Shown: piece after piece, positions 40,949 to 53,990 of the stretch
Layout of the letters: every line of letters begins with the position of its first letter
How positions within the stretch are numbered: the first letter of the stretch is position 1
Assembly (NCBI RefSeq): GCF_009914755.1
Contig: NC_060930.1
DNA: 64,000 bases
Direction: 5' to 3' (one strand)
DNA from: the human T2T-CHM13v2.0 reference genome, Homo sapiens
Position numbers and translations under genes: made by a program
Notes under the pieces: generated by a model
Told to the model about the DNA's origin: nothing
Databases searched by the model: none
The model's input: only the letters and a program-made list of their open reading frames with translations

Positions 40949-41399
40949 ATCCCCAGCGCAACTGCCTGTTAGCTGGATCCAGAAATGTCTACGACTACTG
41001 CAATGCCACTTGGCCTTAGGGGTGATGTGACCCAGTGTAAAGAGATGGTGGTCTTAACCAATCACAGTTAAGATAGTTTAGTTTTGGAAGGTATAAAAAA
41101 TATGTAACAACATGAATGCACTTTTAGGGTCAGACAAGAGACTTGGAAAGAGCCTGCAAAATGGAGGAGCCCTGAGGCCTAAGTCTCATGAGTGTCAATG
41201 CTTACCTGTATCTAGACACTGGCATCCCCCTTTTGATAAGGCCAAGATTGATTGTTTTCCTTTTCTACCTACCCTATATCTAATCCATGTACAAACACTG
41301 TTGACACACAAAAGAACCCTAAATTCAACAATCTGTGAAGAATTTTTGCACTAACATGTTAGTTCAAAAACTCAACATTGCTTGCTAAGACTATTGCAA

Positions 41400-41770
41400 T
41401 AAACTCCTCTATGATCCCCTAATTTGATTCTTGCTCCTCTTATTTTTTACACAGTCATCAGAGTAAATCTTTTCAAAGGTAAATTGGATTTTATGACTTT
41501 TCTGCTTCTAATTAGTTTCATCTATACATTAAAATATATTTCCAAACTATTCTACACTGGTCTGTCACTGGCCACCTCCAGAATGTGATTTTCAACCATT
41601 TTCTCTATTTTGCTCTCTATATCCCTTTCTCTCTGCTCTATTTTTATTATTTTTAACCACTGCTAGAATATAAGATCCAACTTAAGAAGAGAGATTTTTG
41701 TCTATCAGCTTATTCCCTGGGCTTAGCCTAGCACAAGGTAGTGGCACAATAAGCATTTATTAAATAACTA
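41400..41770 (+). mobile_element. L2 3' fragment
   Basis: ACACAGTCATCAGAGTAAATCTTTTCAAA...CTAGAATATAAGATCC...CAATAAGCATTTATTAAAT. Confidence 0.6.
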
Positions 41771-43879
41771 GATATTATATAATTAAAATTTAGCAACAAA
41801 TTCTATAAGATATATATTATCATTCAATTTGAGTGAAGAAGTTCTGATGAAATAATCAAAATCACTTTAAGCATACGAAAGAGTTAAGGCCCAGACATTA
41901 TTCTACTGCTGTCTCTACTAAACACATGCTTATTTCTAAACACAGGCTTATTTCAGTGAGAGATTAACTTAACCCAGATTCTTACTATTATAAAGGAGTA
42001 TCATGAACCCATGAAAGCTGGCTTTATTTCTGAATCTGTTTTCTCTTTTAATTAATAGCAAAACATTTACAAAGGAATAATTAATAGGCACTTACCCTTG
42101 GCATACCATGCTGGAACATGTGGTCATTCATGGTAGGGAGCATTTAGGCAAGATTTCTACATCAACCCCACTGTTATCTCTCCAGAGTTGAAGCTATGAG
42201 ACAATTCAAAAATAATATGGTAGTCAATTCTGTTTACTCAGACAGCTCTCACTCACAAACGGATGATGAGTGACTTTTTATTAAGTTCCAGAAAAGAAAT
42301 CACAGACTATCTTTTAAGAAGTCAGAGTCTCTTTTTTACCTGCTGATGAGGCACAGGACATGGAAATACATCCTCGGCATCCAATAACGACAGACCTTCC
42401 AGATCTTATTGTGCTGGGCACCACATGGTTAAGCTTTTTACTGTGTTAATTTGGTTTTGCGAAGGCCATTTATAAATAGAGTTATGAGGAGATGTATGGA
42501 AGAAAGGAGAGAAGAGTGGGAACAAAGCAAAGCTAACGTAAAGACTACCATATCATAAGCATCCTGGTTAGAGACAGTGTTGATTATGCTCAGTGTCACT
42601 TTTTCTCCCTGTAGGATTGGACAGTGAAGTTTCTCAGCTATCCTGGGGAGCCAGAGCATAAATTGAAACGAGCTGCCTCAGGCTCCAGGCAGGGGAAGAA
42701 AAACAAGAACCAATTCCTTTGCCTTGAAAAAGATACAATAAGCAAATAAGTAGAGGTTTAGTAAGGAACTAGTGAAAGATTTAAAATAATTTTATGAAGA
42801 TTTCTAACCATACATCAGTCCTATCCTCAAGATATACTTACATCAAGAGTCAAATTTTCTCTAGAGATCTATTAGGTATGCCAACTAATTCCTTAATAAG
42901 CTTTTGAAATTTGCATATTCCTTAATAAGTTCTTTAAAAATGAGCAACCAACATATTTATCAGGTAAGCAGTGCATGCTGCGTAAATAATGTATGTTTAT
43001 TATTTACTTAGGGCATTGCTCTGATCTTTTATGAATATTGTCTGATGGTTAAGAAAAATACATATCTCTCTTCTTTTTTATATTTCTTAAGCCAAAGGCA
43101 GGATTTCTACTTCCATTAAAGATTTATTAAATTCAAAAATAAGGAAATTGCATGTTAAAAAAAGCTGGCCTTCTCTTTAGGCCTTTCATATTAAAATAAC
43201 ATTAAAGAAGATGAAAACAAAGCAAATTTAATTTGTTTCCCTGATTTCTCGCTTCTTTATTCATACTCTTCTGTCTTCTATTAATTTTCACCAGAGCTAG
43301 ATTTTCTCTTAACTCTGAAATTCCCTCACTTTTGTTGGTTTAAGCGATACCCACAGGGGACATTTTTCAAAGTGGTATGCTAGGTTTTAGCTGTGGGAGG
43401 CCCATTAATACAGCACATAGAATTTTACTCCCCATAATGACATTTAAAGAGAGCTATTTGTTTTGACTGTGTTCTTTGTGTAGGCCTGAAGGTTACCATA
43501 GTAAAACCCCTTTGGCAAATGTGCAGTCAGAAATTTCTGGGTTAAAGTGGTAGGGGGTAAGGAAGAGGACAATTCCAAAATATTTCATGAGCAAAGTCCT
43601 GATAAAAGGGAGGGTCTCTGGGGTCTGGTTTGTTCCTTTTCCTTCTCTGAAAAACAAAGGCAAATGCCTCTCATTCCCTCTTCCATCTACCCTCAGAAAC
43701 CTACACCTCGAAAACCTACAAATTCTAATCTTTCTGATTCTTGCTACAAATTGGATTTTATGGTACTGTTAGGTTAATTTTTGTTTATGAATATTCAGTT
43801 TCTTGACTATGGTAATAAATGATCATGAAACTCAAAGCTTCAGAGGTAGTCAACAAGGAAGGACTTTGAAGTTAGCTAT

Positions 43880-44100
43880 GCATTCAAATTCGTAATTTCC
43901 TTTGAGAGATCAGCTGTTTACTGTTTAAACTTGCACAAGGCACTTAGCTTCTCTGAGCTTTATTTTCCATCAGCTGTAAAAATGGAATAATACTATATCT
44001 TCTAGCAGAGTTGTTATAAAAACTGCTTGAGGTGGAGAGCATTTTTCCAACACAAATCTTGGTCTGTGTTAAGCACAGATAAATGTTAGCTCTCCATCTC
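43880..44100 (+). mobile_element. MIR SINE
   Basis: CTTAGCTTCTCTGAGCTTTATTTTCCATCAGCTGTAAAAATGGAATAATACTATATCT. Confidence 0.7.
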
Positions 44101-45219
44101 TTAACATTTGCTACCATTTTGGATAGAATAACCAAAGAGAGATGTGCATTCTTTTATTATCACGAATCTTTTGTAAAGTCTTATAAAGACAAGAAAACGG
44201 TAACCATCCTGGTTGCTGTAAGTATGCAGCTAAGAGGATTTCATTTGACCCTGCTCAATCTATTCTGTCTGAATTCTATCAGGTACATCCAAATAATGTA
44301 ACATCCTCTTCTATTGTGGCTGAATGTTTATGTCTTGATGATTCATGCATTTGAAGGGAAATTGAATTAACCAAGGAGGGAAATAAAAAATTTAAGAATA
44401 AGTTTAACAAGATCAATTCTTTTATAATTGGAACGCTTGCTCTCAGCCTTGAAAAATAGCATTTAAAAAGGTGTTCATGGTCTGTGACTATCATTTGTAA
44501 AGTGAAAACTAAGTGTCTTGCCCAAAGGCTCAACAGAAAATCGTGTCTTTGAAGGGAATTTTTCATTTTAAAGAATCTCACAGCACCTTTATAGCATACT
44601 TTCTCCTAGATTATTATTCTTGTCACTATCTTGCTTTAAACTAAGAGTTTAGCCTGGAAACATATCATACACTCACTCCTAGCCTTTACCTTATCTCTAT
44701 CGAAATTGGTATTATTTTATTCTTACAAATTAGCATAATGTACAATAGCATTTCAGAGGTTGATAAAAACATCTGCTACTACTGGTTAGTAGTAGCCAAA
44801 TGTAACATTTATCAGCCTCAGTTTCTTCATTTGTCAAAAGATATAATAATTCATTCCTCATATGTTTCTGTGATGCATTGATGAGTAATATTTACTGAAA
44901 ATATCCTATGTGCTGATGTGGCAGTGAGACTCCAAAGCTGGCCACTTGAAAAGATGCCTCCTGAAACTGACACCCTCGAATAGCTTCCGCCCATATTGAA
45001 TATGAATGGCCCCTGTGATGCACTTTGACACAACTAATATTTGAAAAGATGGGTGGGAGTAAAAAAGAAAAAACATTTTAGAAAAGGCAAAGATCATCAG
45101 TAAAAGCCACAGGATAATTTTGGACATGCTTCCGGGATACTAAGAAGACCAACTGAAGAGAAAGCATGCTGGAAAACGAAAGAAATAAAATTTGATAGGT
45201 GAATACTGCTGAGTTAACA

Positions 45220-45638
45220 CTGTGCCAGGTCTAGCCCTAAACCTTAAGAAGGCCTAGAAGCATTGGCTTTTGTGCATTTAGGCACCCTGAGCTGCCATGT
45301 AGGAAGTCTGTCTACCCTGCTGGAGAGAACATCTGTAGAGATGATGGAGAAATTATCTCTACAGTACTCACAAGGAGCAAGAGAAGAGGCCAGGCCATCC
45401 TGATAGCTGTCCCAGTGTTCCAGCTAGCGTGGCCTTTTAGCCATTTCCACCAAGGTCTCAGGTACATGAACCCCATCTGCCAGCTACCTGCAGCTTCATT
45501 AGAGACCCCAAGCAAGATCAGCAGAGAAACCACAGAGCTGAGCACCAGCTAACCCACAGAATGATGAGAAATAGATGGCTGCTGTTTTCCAGGATGAAGT
45601 GTTGTGAGAGTTCGTTATACAGCAGTGTAAACAAAACA
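45220..45638 (+). mobile_element. MaLR LTR (MLT1G/H-like), 5' part missing
   Basis: CCTTAAGAAGGCCT...CCCTGAGCTGCCATGTAGGAAGTC...TACCCTGCTGGAGAG...ACCCACAGAATGATGAGAAATA...GTTATACAGCA. Confidence 0.8.
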
Positions 45639-45689
45639 GCTGAGTACTCTACATATATTTATTCCTTTTATTTTTATTCTTCTTCATTT

Positions 45690-46270
45690 ACTCTGTGTGT
45701 TTTCCACAGTTTAGTCCTTGCTCCCTCCTTCCCCAACATACTCTCTATGGAGAGCCAGCTGATTCTCACAGCTTCAACAACGAACCCTTCGTTCACTACC
45801 CTGGGTTCTATTTCTCCATTCATTCCCTTTCATCAGTATTACTGAACTGCAGCTTCACCAGCTTAGTGAATATTTCTTTTCCTCAAACTCATCTTCATAA
45901 TTATAATACTATTCTATTTAAGGATTTCATTCACTATCCGTATAATTTTTCAAGACCCTCTGCATTTTGTTGGCATTTACCTATCAGATCTTATTTCTCT
46001 CTTTCCAGCATGTGTTCTGTTCTCTCATCAGTTGTTTTTTCACTATCCCATAAACAGTAACTACTTTTGTGCCTTTGCTGTCAGTGCTGTTTCTGAAATG
46101 TCCCCCAACTCCCCTCTATCTTTTAAAATGTCATTCTTCCATTTTTAACTTGGGTCCTATGTCTTCTGTGAATTTCTTCCTAACATCTCTTTCATTGATT
46201 TTCTTTATCTCTGCGTTTCCACAGGATTGATGATATTATTTATACCTCTTCATATATTATTTTATATTTT
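45690..46270 (+). mobile_element. Diverged L2 fragments
   Basis: Pyrimidine-rich L2-like text (TGTGCCTTTGC...TTTCTGAAATGTCCCCC...TCTTCTGTGAA). Confidence 0.5.
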
Positions 46271-46389
46271 GACAAGTGGGTATATGTCATTGGCTACAAA
46301 TCATAATAGATGCACTTTGATTTAATATTGAAAGTATTCTTTCTTGAAATCTTATTTTAAGATCCTATTCGAGTGCCAAATATAAAGGT

Positions 46390-47590
46390 TTAGGAAAACA
46401 TTTGGAAGCTGGAAATAGCTAGTAGTTTCACTTGGCTCATGTACAAAGTGCAGGGGGAAGGGAGCAGGAGAATGTGACGGGAAGGTAAAAATCATGAGAA
46501 GTCTTATGCTGTACAAAAACTTGGTATTTTAACCTGTAGATACTGGGGACCATGAAAATATTTTAGCAGGAGAGGAAAAGCCTCTGATTTATATGTTTGC
46601 AAAATAAAATGGCTGCTGTCAAGAGAATAGGTTAAAGCGTTGTGCTTTGGTGATAGGGGGTATGGATGAATGTGAAAGTGGCTGCACTAAGATGAGTTAG
46701 GAAGCAAAAGCAATTGTTAGGTCAGGTGAGAGATGCAAAAGCCTGAATGGGAGGAGTAGGACGGCAGAAGGGAGACAGAAAGAGCTCTAAGAGGTCTTTG
46801 GGGAAAAAATTTTCAGAACGTGGTGGCCAGTTGGCTAAAGGAGAGAGAGTGAATATGACTCCTAGATTCCTGACTTGGAGACTTGTGGTCTCTTACACCA
46901 AGATAGGGGGACAGGATGTGAAGCACGCAAATAGGGGTGGGGCATGATTAATTCTTCTTTGGAAGTCTTGAAGTTGAAATATCTGTTGAAAATACAAGTG
47001 AGACGTCTGGATCATTGTGAAAATATAGGTTTGAAGTCAAAGAGAGAAACAGGTCTGACTTAAGGATATAGATGTATGAATCATTACTGTTACCATATGT
47101 ATAGTAACAATATGGGAATTAATGAAATCTCTCAAAGAGAGTTTTGATTGAAAAGGGATCACTAGAGACCAGTAAAATTTGAAGACACGTGAAGAGAATC
47201 ATTTGAAGAATATTGATTAGATGTGACCAGGAGAGAGAGAGTGATTGTGTGGAAGAAAGGAGAAGAGACTTCTAAGAAAGTGGTCATGGTCACATGTTAA
47301 ACGTCCATAGAGAGAAAAAGTTAAGACCTAAATTACACAATTGATTTTGTTTGACTTCACTGGGGATTTTATTGAAACGGCAATATTTTCTTGTGGAGTG
47401 AAAGTGGGAGCTGCAGTGGTATAAGAGTGAATGGAAAGCAATGAGTAAAGTATGGCTGTGAAGAAAACAAGAGGGGTAGATTAGCAATACAGGCAAACGT
47501 AATGAGGCAAGACTTTTATTTATTTACTTATTTTAAGACTGTAGACATTTGAGTAACTAAAGAAAAGTACAGGGAGAGAGAAGAGATGCT
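46390..47590 (-). mobile_element. L2 segment, about 1.2 kb
   Basis: ATGACTCCTAGATTCCTGACTTGGAG, CAGGTGAGAGATG, GAAATATCTGTTGAAAATACAAGTG, GTGGAGTGAAAGTGGGAGC reverse L2 blocks. Confidence 0.75.
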
Positions 47591-47943
47591 GGATGCTTTT
47601 AATTTCTAAAATTGTGTCCAAATTTCTTCTTTGCTAATGTGCATGATTACATTTGATTTATAATTAACCTTGGTAATTATCTTTTAAATCTGCTATATTA
47701 AGAAAATTTTTCTGTTACATAAACTTAGTCTTTTAGCCAAAAAGAAATTTGCTTTGAATGTGTTTCTTTCTTTTCATTAGATCAAGGGATATAAGATCCC
47801 ACTCAATCACAAAATGTGTAAGAAAACAGAGAAGAACTTTATTTCACTAAGCTTGATTTGTTTTTACAACTACCTGAAGGTGAAATTAGATTGATATGGT
47901 TTATTGGTCATGAATGCTGGTATACAATTATCTTAGTATGTAG

Positions 47944-48275
<332 letters not shown>

Positions 48276-49695
48276 TAAACTTATTTTTTCATAATGTTTA
48301 TTGTCCCACTAAAGACACTAAAATGATATATTTTGGCTTTCTATATTGAAATCCAAATAAATTGCTGAAAAATATAGAAGTGAATAAAAATTAAATCTGA
48401 TAATAAAACATCTCTACTATTTAATGTTTTTAATTGCTCAGGCAAAATAAGTTTTTTACTACCACAAATTGACTTCATGAAGGGACAATACAAGAGCCTA
48501 GTATGATGAATATTTTCCGCTTACAGTATACTTTTGGAAAAATATAGCAAAATAGGTTTTGATTGTAAACTAACTAAAGCAATGACCATGTCATCCTCAT
48601 CATCTTCCTTCTCATCAGACTTTATCAGTAAGGTTCACTGAATGTCTTCTACATGTCAGGCTTACTACTAGGCACTTTACAGTTCTTTCTTTTTATTCTC
48701 ATAGTTAACCTATGAAGTTGGACTAACTAGACCACCTCCCTATCAAATAGATACTGGGGAGAAAAATTGCTTTCCTTTACCACACAAAGAAAAATAAAAA
48801 CCTTTAAAGCCAAAGCCTGTTTTTTGTTCAGCTGAGGGGGCTCCAGTGTTGGCTAAGTATCAGTGGCACCCCATTCCTCTTAGCAGATCTGAAGGGGGAA
48901 ATTTTTAGTTGTAGGGCACGGGGGTGATGTACCCACTCTTCTGTGAGAGTGTAGCCTTGCAAATTATAAGCAAATGGCAAATTATCTTATTAAGTTGGGT
49001 TAAACTGCATTCATGTAAAGAGTTTAGTTTGTCCTTGGAAGGCAGGGACACATGTTAGTGTTTGTGTGTGTGCATGTGTGTTCTAAAAACTATGATATGA
49101 CAATTAGAAGAATAAAAGTATGAGCCTGAATCACACTGATTGGGTGACACAGAAAGTGGGGCTACTTAAAGTGCTTCCACTCTTCTCAAACTGTTTTGTG
49201 GGGCATGAAGCTTCACAAACCGCAATGCTTTATGAGTGTGACTTTAGACTGAGGTTTGAGTCTCATCCAAACATCTCAGACATGAAGCAGACATGTCTGC
49301 TTGAGAGCTGAGTGCTAAATATAGGTAAGGACAGCTCCTCTAGGCAAGCAGCAGTGTTTCCTAATTGGTGAGTGAAGAGTCACATGGGGGAAGTTAAAAG
49401 GTGAAAATTCTCTCTGAGAGAATGATAGACATGGAAGTTGAGGGCGCAGCTAGGAACGGAGATGATCACAAAGTAAAATGCCACTCTTTGTAGAATTTTT
49501 TTTCTTGGAGTCATGTCTGTACACTTTTATTTTACTTACTTCACATATTGTATTTCCACTTAGATTATTCAAACCCTTCTGATACAAGTTTGTTAGGAGA
49601 AATTTGGAATGAAGTTATATAATGGAGAGTTCTAAACAGAATTGTAGAAAATAGCAAAGGAGGAAATAGTCAAAATACAGGAAGAGGTTCTAGAA

Positions 49696-49994
49696 CTGAG
49701 CTGACTTTTGTGGCAGCCACTAGCCACAGGTGGTTACTGACAACTTAACTACAACCAGTCCCAGCTAAGAGGTGTTGTACATGAAATACACACACCAGAT
49801 TTCAAGACTTAGTATGAAAAAAAAGTCTTAGTATTTTTGTTGTTGTTGATTACTTGTCAAAATACTAATATTTTGGATGTATTAGTCTAAATAATATATT
49901 TTATTAGAAGTAATTTGCTTGTTTTAAAATTATTTTTAATGTAGCTACTAAATTACATATATGATTCACATTATATTTCCACCAGACCATGCTG
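49696..49994. mobile_element. MER33 hAT-Charlie DNA transposon
   Basis: GTGGCAGCCACTAGCCACA, ACACCAGATTTCAAGACTTAGTATGAAAAAA, AATGTAGCTACTA; TSD TTCTAGAA (49688-49695) / TTCTAGAC (49995-50002). Confidence 0.85.
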
Positions 49995-50619
49995 TTCTAG
50001 ACTAAAATTGATAGAAAGTGAACAGTGACCTACAGAGGAACAGAGGGGCACAAAAACTTTAAATAAGTGACAACTCTGGAGCAGACACATAACAAACTGC
50101 CTAACAAACTTTCTCTTTTCCCATGTTTACTGGAGAGTGATAGCCAAAAAGAGAGATGGGGAAGTTGATGCTTGAGTTCCATACATATGATTATTTAATT
50201 TTGTAAATTAGTAAATAGAAATACACAGAAATATAGAATATAGCAGCACACAGAAGATCAGATAAATAACTTTTCTCAGCAATTCTTAATATTTTCCATG
50301 TATCTTGGGAATGACTCAATTAATATTCATCTAATTACGTGATCATTCTCTTCTAATCATACAGAAAATAATATTTTTCTAGCTTACAGCGAGGAATAAT
50401 AAATTTTTTTCTTGCTACTTTGGTCAGAGAGGAAAATTTATTTTCTAAGTTTCACAAAAACTTATGGGGAGGTGTTACAGAAAAGGCTGCCACTGCCAGA
50501 TTCAAATAAAGGTCATCATGCTCCCATCCCTACATCCCAAATTCCCACATCTATGCCTATGGTTTATGCAATCAGGCTCTTTGTGAGGGGTTATATATTT
50601 TTTCCGCCTACTAAATCAT

Positions 50620-52980
50620 AATACAGCCTCCTCCCACATAGTGAAAAAATACAGAAAAACACGCAAAGAAAATCTTAAAAACATCCATTCCATGTGTATT
50701 AAAGGAATGTTTTAAACCATTTTATGCATATATGTATACATTTAAAGTGTGTATATTGTTTTATAACCTGTTTAGATTTTCCTTAACATTTAATCTAAAA
50801 CATTTATTTTCGTACTTTTTTTTTTTTTTTTGAGACGGAGTCTCACTCTGTCGCGCCACGTTGGAGTGCAGTGTGGCGAGATCTCAGCTCACTGTAACCT
50901 CTGCCTCCCGGGTTCAAGTGATTCTCCTGTCTCAGCCTCCTGAGTAGCTGGGAATATAGGGGTGCGCCACCACGCCCAGCTAATTTTTGTATTTTTAGTA
51001 GAGACGGGGTTTCACCATACTGGCCAGGATGGCGTTGATCTCTTGACCTCGTAATCTGCACGTCGTGGCCTCCCAAAGTGCTGGGATTACAGGCATGAGC
51101 CACCGCACCCAGCCTATTTTCCACTAAGTACTGTTCTAAAGCAGCTATTTTTAAATATGGGTGCCCTATAGGCTCCTGTAAGGGCAGGTAGAGACAAAGC
51201 CAAGGGGAACTGGGATACTGTGGATTTGCTTACATCAGTACTCAGTTTTGCTATTCCTATATCATTGAGGTGTCATTTGAAGAGATGGCTCTTCTAATAA
51301 AATTAATGTGGGTATATTTTATTCTAAAATATAATGATTGAAGACTACTTGATATTCCATTGCTTTTATAGCCCATCCTTTATTTAACCAATCTACTGTT
51401 AAAGAGGATTAAAATGTATTTCTTCTTTTTTCACATTATAAATAACAATATAATAAATATTGAGTACATGAATATTTTATATATTTCAGATAGTTTTGAT
51501 AAAATACATTTCTGGAAGTATAATCGTTCAGCTAGATGATATAACCAACCATTACTTGTCAAATGTCTTTCCTAACTTTTGCATCAGTGCACATTCACCA
51601 GCAGTGTGTATATTTTTATTTCATTGAAACCTTGCTTACTATGCGTATTTTTAAGAAAATTCTGTAATTTGCAACGTTTTTTCATTAGTTGAATGTATAT
51701 TGCTTTCTTTATTCATATTTCATATGCTTAGTAGTTTTTTTCTTCATATGTGAAATTTCTGCTTCTCTTCTTACCTCAATCTTTTCTCAATCATACCAAT
51801 TTCCTAGACATTTTTATATAGCAATATTAAGCCTTGTTAATAGTCTACATATATTTTCCCATGTTTTTATTTGATTTTAAATTTAAATTTTTTGCTTATA
51901 ATGTTTTGACATATGGAAACGTTTAATTTTGTGTAAGTACCTCTAAGATTTCCTTAAAAGATTCTTTTCTACATTTATGCCTAGAAAAGTCTTCCTTACT
52001 CCAAGATCAGATACCTTTTCTTCTAGTTCCTTTATTGTGTAAGTTTTTGCATAGATATGATAAATCCATCCATATATTTGAAGCGGGGAGGTGTGTGCAG
52101 GTACAATGCAAACTAAAGATTTTTTTTTTAAATTCCATCAAGAGGGAATTAAATGACTTATGATCTAGTTATTATCCCTAAATTCTACACTGATTATATT
52201 TTATATTCTAAATTTTTCATTAAACTTGGATCCCTTTGATGAAATTTTTAAATTTTTCATTGATCTTTCTATTTTTACTCTTAGTCATTTAAAAATTAGT
52301 GAAGCCTTATGGTGCATATTGAAATGCAAAAGAACAATAACTTTTTTATTAATTTTTTCTTTAAGTTAAATTTTTTTCAATAATCTGTCTACCGGTTTTT
52401 TCCTTCTAGATTGATAGACTTTATATTTATGTCCTTATAAATTAAATGTATCTATTGATTTGGTAGAAACAGGGCAGATATGCTCCAATAAATTTTCTCA
52501 TGCTTCCTTTGTCTGTTGACTCATGTTTTCTTTTATGCAATTTTGTTTAAAAGGTTTTCCAATAGATTATTGCCTGTTTCTTACTAAGTTTATTTGTGTA
52601 TGTGGATGTGGATGTAAAACAGTTTCTTACATGTCAGCAATCATCAGTTAGAACATATGAAATTGGAAAATTATATTTGTTAAAATGCTTTTCACTTGAT
52701 TCTTTGGATTTATAATTAGAAAGTATCTGAACATAATAATTTTTTTCTTTATAGTGGTTTATATCTTATATTTATTTTTATTTTCTTTTTCCTTTGGTGA
52801 GAACTTCCAAAGAAATACTAAGTGTTAGTACTTTTGGTAATAGTTGCTGTTTCTCACTTTAATGAATGCTTCCAGTGTTTCCCAATTATGCATAATATTA
52901 GCTTAGGGCTTCAGATAAACATCATTCTTGTTTACTCACACTCTTTTTATTGCTTTTTAAAGTTTTTCTATCAGGGTAGA
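50620..52980 (-). mobile_element. Ancient L1ME-type LINE debris, interrupted by an Alu and other inserts
   Basis: T-rich reverse L1 text (TATTTAACCAATC, ACATTCACCAGCAGTGTGTA, GCCTAGAAAAGTCTTCCTTACTCCAAGATC, AATGCTTCCAGTGTTTCCCAATTA). Confidence 0.7.
50816..51114 (-). mobile_element. AluSc-like, full length
   Basis: Reverse dimer with GGCCAGGATGG and GATCTCTTGACCTCGT; near-TSD TATTTTC..ACT. Confidence 0.95.
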
Positions 52981-52992
52981 ATGAAAAAATGT

Positions 52993-53090
52993 TTCCTTCC
53001 CTCTCTCCCTCCCTCCCTGTCTTCCTTTCTCCCTTCCTTCCTCTCTCCCTTCCTTCCTTCCTTCCTTTTGCTCTTGTCTTTTTTTTTCCA
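52993..53090. repeat. (CCTT)n / CT-rich polypyrimidine tract
   Basis: Read directly. Confidence 0.88.
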
Positions 53091-53218
53091 CTATAGCCAT
53101 AGCCTGAGTAATGTTAGCTTCACAAAATTAATTCAAAACTGTTCCATGTTTCCTGTGCTCAGGAATATTTGTCTTAGCATTGGCAGCATTTCTTACTTTA
53201 AAATGCATGTCGTCTGAC

Positions 53219-53383
53219 TTTTTTAAGTGTTTATTTTTTAGAACAGTTTTAGGTTCACAGAAAAATTGAGAAGAAGGGGCAGAGATTTCCAGCGTATCCC
53301 CTGTCCCCACACGTGCACAGCCTCCCCCTTTAATTTAACAACAGCCCCCACCAGAGTGGTACATTTGTTACAACTGATGAAAC
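53219..53383 (-). mobile_element. L1MC1-like 3' terminus
   Basis: TTTATTTTTTAGAACAGTTTTAGGTTCACAG...CCCCCACCAGAGTGGTACATTTGTTACAA. Confidence 0.8.
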
Positions 53384-53389
53384 TTTTCC

Positions 53390-53990
53390 TGAATGTCAGT
53401 TACTTGGAACGTAGTCTTTACCAATGTGGCGAAGCGTGGGGGTAAGACAAATATTCTACAGTTCTATGATTAGGTCTCAGTCTTTTAGTGAACTTAGGCC
53501 TCTAGACTGTAAATTTCACGAGTTGTTTCTCAGTTTTTTCCTACTCTCAGGTGGGTTGGAGTTAGGTATTTTCCTTTTCCCATGTGGAAGGTTAGAGCTG
53601 ACAGAACTTGGGTATTTCGCTTCCCCCAAGTGAGTCAGGCTCTGTTAACGCCCCAGCAGGTTAGACTCTGGTTCGCTGGAGTCTCCTGAGGACAGGATTT
53701 GTGAAGCGAAGGCTTTGTTAAGAACAGAATGTTCTGCTACATTTCAAAATGGTTCCTTTTCCCCTCCCCCTGCTGGAAACACGAGGGAATTTTTCTGTGA
53801 TATTTACTCTGAGAACCTGCCCATGCCCCTGGAGGTAAAACACAAAAGTGTGTGGGGGCCCCCTTTGACTAGTTCCTGGTGGAGTGTTTTAAGTCTCAGA
53901 ACCGTGCACCCTGAGCCTCCAGCAGTTTCTTAATTACAGTTCAGATTTTCTCACCAAGACCTTGGTTCCCACCGTTTCTGTTTGTGAGCC
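53390..53990 (-). mobile_element. L1MC-type 5' region (L1MCa/b-like)
   Basis: CTATGATTAGGTCTCAGTCTTTTAGTGA...GGAGTTAGGTATTTCCTTTTCC...TTTCAAAATGGTTCCTTTTCCCCTCCCCCTGC resembles the recalled L1MC 5' consensus. Confidence 0.6.

Noticed and set aside
48829-48847. CAGCTGAGGGGGCTCC as a CTCF site
   Set aside because: Lacks the conserved CC at the 5' end of the core.
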